Shown in pieces: positions 32,332-40,103 of a stretch of 40,103 bases of DNA. Below the pieces are notes generated by a model, which saw only the letters and a program-made list of their open reading frames with translations, was not told the origin of the DNA and ran no database searches. The stretch comes from Octopus bimaculoides. Its lineage: Eukaryota. Position 1 is the first letter of the stretch. Each line of letters starts with the position of its first letter. The stretch covers positions 90,487,231 through 90,527,333 of the forward strand of contig NC_068987.1 of NCBI RefSeq assembly GCF_001194135.2, written 5' to 3'. A program made the translations under genes and the position numbers.

Positions 32332-32694
32332 ATATTTATATTTATATGGCAATTTAAACAAGAGTTTTGACTGCTATTTCCAGCAGGTAGACATACTTAG
32401 TATGTCCTTTGATTAATTTTAATCCTTCAGCTCTTTAATGCTTTTTTGGGCCTGCAATTGCCTATATTATTGATTCTGTTATCATTTTTTAAAATAGTCA
32501 TACCAGATAATAACAAAATTAATAATATCTTAGCAAATTAATTTTTCAGGAATTGTTTTTTCTCATGAATTGTTTGCCCTTGTATATATATATATATATA
32601 TATATTTTAAATATAGGATAAAATCTTTATAAGAATTTGTCAAGTAGCTAGTGTGAAATAACCAAGCAAGGGAAAAATTAATTAATTATTTCCT

Positions 32695-32820
32695 ATTACT
32701 ATACATAAATGTCTCACGCTAGGAGGGAGTTGCATTCCCTCACGTTTGGTACAATGTGTTTATTATGGTAGTTTTGACTTTAAGAGTCCCTCATAGCGTG
32801 AGGCATTTATGTATAGCAAT
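32695..32820. mobile_element. Fold-back element: 34-bp inverted arms (3 mismatches), 58-nt spacer
   Basis: ATTACTATACATAAATGTCTCACGCTAGGAGGGA (32695-32728) vs TCCCTCATAGCGTGAGGCATTTATGTATAGCAAT (32787-32820). Confidence 0.85.
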
Positions 32821-32883
32821 GCCCTTAATATACATAAATATATATATATAAATGCTGTGTGCGTGTATATATATGTGTGTGTT

Positions 32884-32922
<39 letters not shown>

Positions 32923-33120
32923 CACTTTGATTTTGTCTTGGCGAGTTTAATAGACAAACAAAACCACTAATTAAGAATTATCCAAAATTCTGACTGCCTC
33001 CTTTTTCAGTCTACAATATCTGTACACCACTTCAAACACTCTACACACACACACACACACACACACATACATATTTATTCATATTTTTTGCTGTGTATCC
33101 CATAATTTTCCACATACAAG

Positions 33121-33254
33121 TCTGTTTGGTGTCAGATTCCAGATAGTGTCAAAGTGATGGTGAATGTTGAAACTGGATGGACTAGTGTTAAAATTAGATT
33201 TGCAGTTGACTCAGCACAATCACGCATGACTGGCTCTTTACAACTTGAAGCAAT
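33121..33254 (+). CDS. Candidate exon SVWCQIPDSVKVMVNVETGWTSVKIRFAVDSAQSRMTGSLQLEAx
   Basis: 44 open codons in unique sequence; alternative AG acceptors before 33121, 33136 and 33143; the frame closes exactly at donor AT|GTAATG. Confidence 0.3.
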
Positions 33255-33599
33255 GTAATGATGTAAACGATACGTTGATGCTACATTCAGACAAAAGTCT
33301 CAATAGAATGTGTGACTGCATGTGGGAGGGAGTCACTGCTTCCGTTTTTTGTTCATTGTTTAATTTTAAATGATTCTGTATCTTAATTTGTTACATTGAA
33401 AAGGCTTTGAAGAAAATACAATTAAGCATGTGATTTCAAGTATTTGTGTCTGGGTGTGTGTGTATGTGCATGTATGAGTGTGTATGTGTGTGCAGTCTGT
33501 GTAGTCTGTGTGTGGGAGTAATTGTGTGCATAGGTGTGAAATCATGAGTGTGTTTGTGGGATGAAAAAGAAGTTTTCATTTGACACCTGATGACTTTCA

Positions 33600-33792
33600 T
33601 AGAATAATTGCTTTGAATTTTGGCAGAAAGGCCAAGAATTCTGAGGCAAGTGGGAAATTGATTATCTCGACCCCAAAACAATGAAAGACAAAGTTGACCT
33701 GAGTGGAATTTGAACTCAGAATCTATAAATAATCGGAGGAAATGCTTAGCAGCATTTTGTCCAGCAATCTAACAATTCTGCCAGTTTACCAC
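33600..33792 (-). mobile_element. Degenerate SINE family A
   Basis: TCGACCCC...AAAGTTGACCTGAGTGGAATTTGAACTCAGAA...AATTCTGCCAGTTTACC. Confidence 0.75.
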
Positions 33793-33872
33793 TTTACTTA
33801 TATGGAATAATGCCAAATATCAATGATATTCTTTACCTTCCTACAGAATTTATATTTCTTTTAGTCATTTTA

Positions 33873-33919
<47 letters not shown>

Positions 33920-34062
33920 TGACATCCCCTTTTTATCACATGAAAAGTGCCTACAACAACAAGGACAGATTTTACTTTGAAATGTCACATCTTTTGTATT
34001 TCAATTTCCTGATCCTTACATTTGCTGATCTTGTGAAAGGTACAAGACAAGAACAGGTAGGC

Positions 34063-34620
34063 CAAGAGACTTTTAAAATTTCTTACTAAGCTTCATCACT
34101 GAAGCTTGCTTGGAATCTTCATGCTTCAGTGCAGTTCATTATTGTTGTTGTTGTTATCATTGTATTTATTTATTTATTTCAAAATTTTTGGCATCTCACC
34201 CCTATGATGGTATTTAGGTGGTTTCATTCATGGATAGGAAATTGTGACCTCAACCATCCAAGAACGTTTGAAGGATCTTCACTGTTCCTAACAAGCAGGC
34301 CAGTTGCATGTATACTATGTGCTTTGGTGCACAAATGTTTTCTGTCTCTTCCGATGACAATAGAGACAACCTTTATGCCTGACTCTCATAACTGCTACAT
34401 CTTAGTGATCTCAATTCTCAGCTCTCCATATTACCAATCTTTTCTCTTTCTTTCATGATGATATGTTGATCTCCTGGCACTTCCACATCGATTATTAGAC
34501 AATCTTGTTTGTCCCTCCTAAAGATTACTATATCCGGCCTTCGGTGCTCTAACACCTTGTCTGTTTGGAAGTTAAAGTCTCAGAGGATTTTTCCCTTCCC
34601 CTTTTTCTGTCCATTACCTT
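34063..34620 (-). mobile_element. R4/Dong-like fragment: RLE domain, C-terminus, 3' UTR and tail
   Basis: KIL*DFNFQTDKVLEHRRPDIVIF...CLIIDVEVPGD..I..KEREKI..YGELRIEI...VVSIVIG, then MQLACLLGTVKILQTFLDG*. Confidence 0.88.
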
Positions 34621-34654
34621 TTCCAATTATTGTTATTGTTATTTATGGTTTCCT

Positions 34655-35010
34655 TTCATTATAACTTTATTTCAGCTGCCTTAGTACCAGGCATCCTCCG
34701 CAGGCCAAGAGTATTAGGGTTTTTTCCATGCAGGAGTTTACCTTTCCGGTTGTCTTCGATATTATTGCAACCCTGCTTTGCTTTTTGTTTGATGTTTTTT
34801 GCATCAAGGATAGGTTTGTCACTAGTTGGATCCCTTAGGTCTTTCTCATTGTTAATTTCTAAATCAGGAGAAGCAATGGTACGTCTGTCAGCATTTGGAT
34901 GTCTTTGTCCATTCTTATTGTTAACTTGTAAGTCAAGAAACTTTTTAAATTTCTTACTAAGCTTCATGACCGAAGCTTGCTTGGAATCTTCATGCTTCAG
35001 AGCAGTTCGT
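34655..35010 (-). mobile_element. R4-like linker fragment
   Basis: ALKHEDSKQASVMKLSKKF...KQKAKQG...KGKLLHGK (R4 HExxK and KxLHG motifs). Confidence 0.7.
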
Positions 35011-35718
35011 TATTGTTGCTGTTGTTGTTGTTGTTGTTATCATTGTATTTATTTATTTATTTCAAAAGTTTTTGCATCTCACCCCTATGATGGCATTAAG
35101 GTGGTTTCCTTCATGGATAGGAAATTGTGACCTCAACCATCCAAGAACTTTTGAAGGATCTTCACTGTTCCTAACAAGCAGGCCAGTTGCATGTGTACCA
35201 TGTGCTTTGGTGCACAAATGTTTTCTGCCCCCACTTGGAGTCTCTTCCTCATCACTCCTCAGGCTCCAATGACAATTTGTACAACCTCACTTTTTCTGCT
35301 AATCTCTCTCTTCAGGTCCTTCTGTATGTCCACCTTGTTGAGTTCTTGTCCTTTTATTCTTGTATCAAATTGACAGGCCAGACCAATTATGTAGCAAATT
35401 TGTTCCCTCTTCTCAAACACCAAGATATCTGGTCTGTTATGTTCTTGGATGTGATCCATTTTGATAGCAAATCCCAAAGAAATTTAAACTCATCATTCTC
35501 AGTCACCTTTTCTGCTGCATGTTCATACTATTTATGTCCTGATAGAAGTTCAGACTTCTTACACATTTCCCAGTGGATGATCTTTGCAACATTATCATGT
35601 CTTTGAGATTTGTACCATTTCTGGGTGAGTTTGGAACATTTAGTTTGCTATTTGGAATCACTGTTTCTTCTCGTTCGTGGCACAACCTGCACAATGGCAA
35701 CACATTTTCCAGTTGACA
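35010..35718 (-). mobile_element. R4/Dong-like 3' third: zinc knuckle remnant, RLE domain, C-terminus, tail
   Basis: PLCRLCHEREETV, KCSKLTQKWYKSQRHDNVAKIIHWEMCKK, YEHAAEKVTENDEFKFLWD, HNRPDILVFEK...VVQIVIGA*G. Confidence 0.9.
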
Positions 35719-35764
35719 TTATTATTATTAATATTATTATTATTTTCATTATCATCGTCTTTCA

Positions 35765-37163
35765 AGTTTGTTTCCATTTCTTGCTGAGAAATGGGCTGAG
35801 AGGAAGCTGTCCCTGAAAAGTTGGGCTGAGGTTGCAAATGCTTACATCGCCTTCGTTAATATTTATCACCTGACCGTCGTGCCTTGTCCCAGTTACTGCT
35901 TGACCAGGTTGGAGTATCTCTTATTTAAATTCTTGTGTAAGGGATGCATTCCAATGGTCAGGCAGTCAGTCTGTTGCCAGCATTCTTTGAGTGGCGGATT
36001 AGGTATGCCGTGGCTTCTAATGCACAGATTCACTCTTGGGTTACATCACCTGCAACGATTTCTGAACAGTGAGCATGTGTGGGCTCCTTTTGTGAGGCTT
36101 GTCTTTCTGCAGTTCATCTCCTTGACGGAGCTGCAGTTCTGGGTGAAGAAAAGACCGAGACTGGGTGCCTGGCACTTAGAATGTCGTAAAGCACTCACAA
36201 CCCTCTACCAGTAGGGCAATGGGATCGGTGGATGTTCCACTTTAGAAATTAGTGGCAGGGAAGAGTAATGACATCTTTGGGGAGATTCTGGGCACCAACA
36301 AGAACGAACTGGCTAGTCTGTTCCAGAGGACTTTCCAGTCAGGAACTATCATGGATAAATTCCAGATGTCCTTAGCCTGGCAGTGCTATCAAGGAGCACT
36401 AGTAGTTCGAGATAAACTCTACAGGCATAGATGTGCTGTTGGATGGGTTTGTCTGAGGTGTGCACAGTGATAAAGCCATTCTGCATGCCCTTGTTCAGTG
36501 TCTGGGCATTGCTGACTTGCAGAGTTATGTCAAACAGCTGCTATCACATGTGGGATGGATCCGTCTGGCATCCAAGTCTGTAGTGATGATTGCAACACCG
36601 CACTCCCTCAACCAGGCAGGCAAGACAGTTTTCCTTTGCCTGGTGGCTGTGGTGAAAGAGGTTGTTTGGTGGACAAGGCTGAAAGGTATGCGGACAAACA
36701 CATTCCTCTTTGGTAGAGCTCTCATTGACTTTTTCAAGTTTCCCTTGAAAAGGAAATTGAGAATGGAGAGGGAAGTGCTGTCCTTGAGTGAGTTTATTGA
36801 AAGGTGAGTGAAGGTTGCGAAAATGGCAAGAGTGGATGGTACTTCTCTAAGTGTAGATCTGTGAGTCGGAGAGAAGGAATTGGAGAGGGCACTTGCTCCT
36901 GGAGTTTCAGGGAAATCTCAAACAGTAGGGTTCTTCGATTATCTCCAGAGGCTTTCCTGTAGCAGGAGGGTCACATCTCTATCATCCTCCCCACCACATT
37001 TTATTCTTTTTCAAACCTTTCTATGCATATGTCTCTTCTTTTTCAGTGTATACCATGGACATTTTTTTTATCATTTCATTATATGTAAACCCCAACACTT
37101 TATGTCTGTCTTTGTATTGTCCCCCCTCATCCTGCACCCTTGCAGCAAATAAATGAAATCCTG

Positions 37164-37221
<58 letters not shown>
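35765..37221 (+). mobile_element. 5'-truncated L1/Tx1-clade LINE with 3' UTR, AATAAA and (TTA)n tail
   Basis: W.ERKLSLKS.AEVAN...GGLGMP, terminal CLRC...HALVQC zinc knuckle; several frameshifts and stops; AATAAA near 37148, then (ATT)n to 37221. Confidence 0.88.
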
Positions 37222-37559
37222 GTTCATCTGTCATTGTTGATGATGACCAAGGACATCATGTGAACCATCCACTGCATTCCAGCTAATCTCTTGTCATCTT
37301 AACTTCATCCTGCCACTGGAATCAGATAAGAAAGGACAAGAGAGTGAAGCAGATGATGCAGCCCTCTCTCACTTTAATCTATGTCACACACAAGTCAAGA
37401 CATCACATCATCATAGGCCCATCAGTCCTGTGGTGATGGATGAATGACAAAGCAGCAAGTATGGTTGTACTAATGTCAAATGATTCAGTGTTGAACCAGT
37501 GATGCCACATAAACAGCACCAAAATGGCTGTGCCAAAATGTCTCGTATCCTCTTTCTAC

Positions 37560-37925
37560 AGAACCATCTTTCTTTCCCTCAATTATACTTAAGCGGTCAG
37601 CAACCTTTGATTTGATCAAAGCTTCTCTTATTTGAAAACTCGTCTGCTGAAAACACATCTACTGTTGTACAGGGATCTACAGCATCTATTTCCTTTAATT
37701 CCCCTTTATCAAAGAAGAATTTCCATCTGCAGTCTTCTTTATCTCCAATAATCTCATTTCCAAATTGAAATTTTTGGAAACAAACCTGAATTCTATGATC
37801 AGTGACCAATCTCTGGTCAAATTCTTCATTGGTGATATTTTTGGCAATTTTACAAACTTTCCTTCCAAGTCTGAATTCTGAATTCAAAGAAATATTGTAC
37901 AAAAATCTTTCTTATCTTCACTAAT
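37560..37925 (-). mobile_element. Mariner transposase N-terminal (HTH) relic
   Basis: EFRLGRKVCKIAKNI...FQKFQFGNEIIGDKE...ELKEI..VDP resembles mariner YEFKLG..A...ARNI...WF.KF..G...L.D. Confidence 0.75.
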
Positions 37926-38099
37926 TAAGTTTTGAAATTTCAATCTTTGAAAAAACTCAAAAATAAAATAATTAATAATTCCTCAAATTGCCAAACCCCA
38001 AATCTATGCTTTAAAAGGATATTCCATACACTACAGGCAGCAATATTTTACTTTCAGATTATGAATATATCCATGAGGGAAAAAGTCTTGTGATTAGAT

Positions 38100-38370
38100 T
38101 CAGTTGGTGGAAACTGAAAGAAGCCCACTGTGTGTGTGTATGTGTGCGTGTGTGTATGTGTGCGCGTGTGTGTGTATGTGTGTGTATATGAGTGTGTGCA
38201 TGTGTGTGTCATTGTACATGTGTGTATATGTGTGTGTGTGTGTGTTTGCATCTGCATTTGTTCCCCATAATTTTTCAACAGCCAGTGTTGGTGTGTTTAC
38301 ATCCCTGTAACTTAGAGTTCAGCAAAAATGAATGATAGAATGAATCTCAGGCTTAAAAAAGATGACAAAA
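38100..38370 (+). mobile_element. SINE family B, middle and 3' part
   Basis: GGAAACTGAAAGAAGCCC, (GT)n, GGTGTGTTTACATCCCTGTAACTTAG. Confidence 0.75.
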
Positions 38371-38399
38371 AAGTACCAGACTTGTCTCGTGCAGCAGAA

Positions 38400-38678
38400 G
38401 TGCCAAGGTTGCTGCCCACCCACCCAGTGAGGAGAGTTGGCCTGCAAGTGCTCTGTGCCGATGCCACATAAAAAGCACTCATTTTGGTACCATGTGAAAG
38501 AAATTGTGTGGTGTTACATTAAAAGCCCCCAGCACATACTGTAAAGTGGTTGGCATATAAGGAAAGGCAAACCAAGCAAATCAGACCGGAACCTGGTGCA
38601 GTCTTTCAGCCTTGCCAGCTCCAGTTAAACCGTCCAACCCATGCCAGCATAGAAAATGGACGTTAAAGGATGGTGGTG
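38400..38678 (+). mobile_element. Family C/D retroposon 3' part
   Basis: ATAAAAAGCAC...GTGGTTGGCAT...CCGTCCAACCCATGCCAGCATAGAAAATGGACGTTAAA. Confidence 0.75.
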
Positions 38679-39285
38679 AGGTAAAGAGAAACATTAAATT
38701 TTTTTTTGACATTTGCTCCTCCAGTTCTTCTCCCAACTCCGCTCCCTGTCCCTGCCAATCCTTAAAATATCATCCCTTAAATCACAAGAACCACTCCCAA
38801 GAAAATATCATTTTCAAACATCCTGCCAAGCTCCATATCGGCACCGGCAATTGAATTATATTAATTCTTCCTGTCTGAGAATTGAGTATCATTTAATTAC
38901 GATCAAACTTGGAAATTCTATAAAATCATAACATTTGGAAGAGGTCTGCAGTGGTGGTCTGCTTTGGAGAGAGTTAAAACTATAAAAGGAAAATGAAAAT
39001 AAAATTAAAGAAGGAAAGGAAGAAAAGAAGGAAAGAAAGAAAGAAAGAAAGAAAGGAACAAGTGATGTATTGGTTTGCTGTTTTGAGAGGAAGATACAGC
39101 TAAGGTTTCATGTATGGAGGTCTTCATCAAAGACTCACAGAATTTGATAACAGTTTCACAACCAGTCCCCCACCACCACCACCACCACCCGTCATCTAAA
39201 ACTGATTATCTTGAAAGGATATAAAAATATATCTCTCTGTGTGTATGTGTGTGTGTGAGCCTGTGTACTTATACATATCTGTGTA

Positions 39286-39340
<55 letters not shown>

Positions 39341-39932
39341 TCTCTCACACACACACAGAGTGACAGACACACTGACGCATGTATCTCTCAATCTTCCAAA
39401 TGAAGATGACGGGCCTAGAATAGCTGATACTCTACCCCCTTCACCACATACCACTCTCATCCGACCCCCTACCCAGGTTATACTTTTACTCTATCTGAAC
39501 CCCCCACCCTACACACACCACACACACACACTGTACCTGCCCTTCCCTGCTTCCATCTCCTCCTCCCCACCCATCCACGTGCACTGAGGGGGGACGAGGT
39601 AGAACCTACATTACTAACATAGTCTTGCTACACTCCTGGCTGATACCCAGAACAATTAACTCACACCCTGTATCTGTACCCTAAACTTATTCCAGGATCC
39701 CCAGCTCATACCAAGGTTTATCTTTTACAACTTACTCAAATAGATATCAAACCTTCTTATCTATTTCTGCGGGTGAGTGGGGTGGTAGTGTACACATGCA
39801 CATAAATGTGTCATTTGGGCACAGTCTTTCTTTTTTATTTGTTTTACCACTTTTTATTATGGATATGAGCATGTGGATGTATGGGGATTTGTGTGCATAT
39901 AAATATATACATACATATATACATACATAAAA

Positions 39933-39974
<42 letters not shown>

Positions 39975-39979
39975 ACTTA

Positions 39980-40010
<31 letters not shown>

Positions 40011-40103
40011 GTATATATGTGTGTGTGCGTGTGTGTGCGTGTATGTATGTGTGTCAATTTATAAACATATGTATTTATATATACATATGTATTTATATAT
40101 ATA

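Noticed and set aside
33580-33620. Plus-strand GACAC-CUGAUGA
   Set aside because: No stem II or GAAA follows.
34011-34060. 10-nt minus-strand microexon candidate with good splice signals (similar 12-nt case at about 5120-5131)
   Set aside because: Such short AG...GT pairs occur by chance and cannot be supported without reads.
39095-39135. Minus-strand UUGAUGA-A...GAAAC, a fourth hammerhead-like string
   Set aside because: C3 is mutated and no convincing stem II or III forms; at best a highly decayed copy.
39741-39780. 29-nt plus-strand exon candidate ending CGG|GTGAGT
   Set aside because: All three frames are open and uninformative; no supporting context.

Overview
Eukaryotic, AT-rich, microsatellite-dense draft scaffold with six N gaps (3234-3887, 18094-18302, 19388-19435, 25008-25318, 26430-26674, 27668-28117). 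The repeat landscape resembles what I know of Octopus or other coleoid cephalopod genomes; this is an inference, not a database result. No host protein-coding gene can be assembled with confidence. Most ORFs in the supplied track are translated microsatellites, N runs or transposon debris, and only a few weak exon candidates exist. The window is dominated by mobile elements. SINEs: at least four tRNA-derived or RTE-tailed families, labelled A-D here. LINE fragments: R4/Dong-like, RTE/BovB-like, CR1-like and L1/Tx1-like. DNA elements: three Tc1/mariner relics (one still bounded by both TIRs and TA), a TTAA-ended MITE and three fold-back elements. Several nested insertions have readable TSDs. 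The most notable observation is a set of minimal type-I hammerhead-ribozyme motifs on the minus strand in three unrelated short repeats (23447-23490, 25529-25573, 29405-29440). Two of them have the palindromic ACGU stem III typical of dimer-cleaving Penelope-associated hammerheads, and one carries a non-canonical CUGCCGA core. Also notable are an unclassified repeat whose two copies diverge with a coding-like third-position bias, and a rearranged R4 cluster sitting in TAA/CAA microsatellites.
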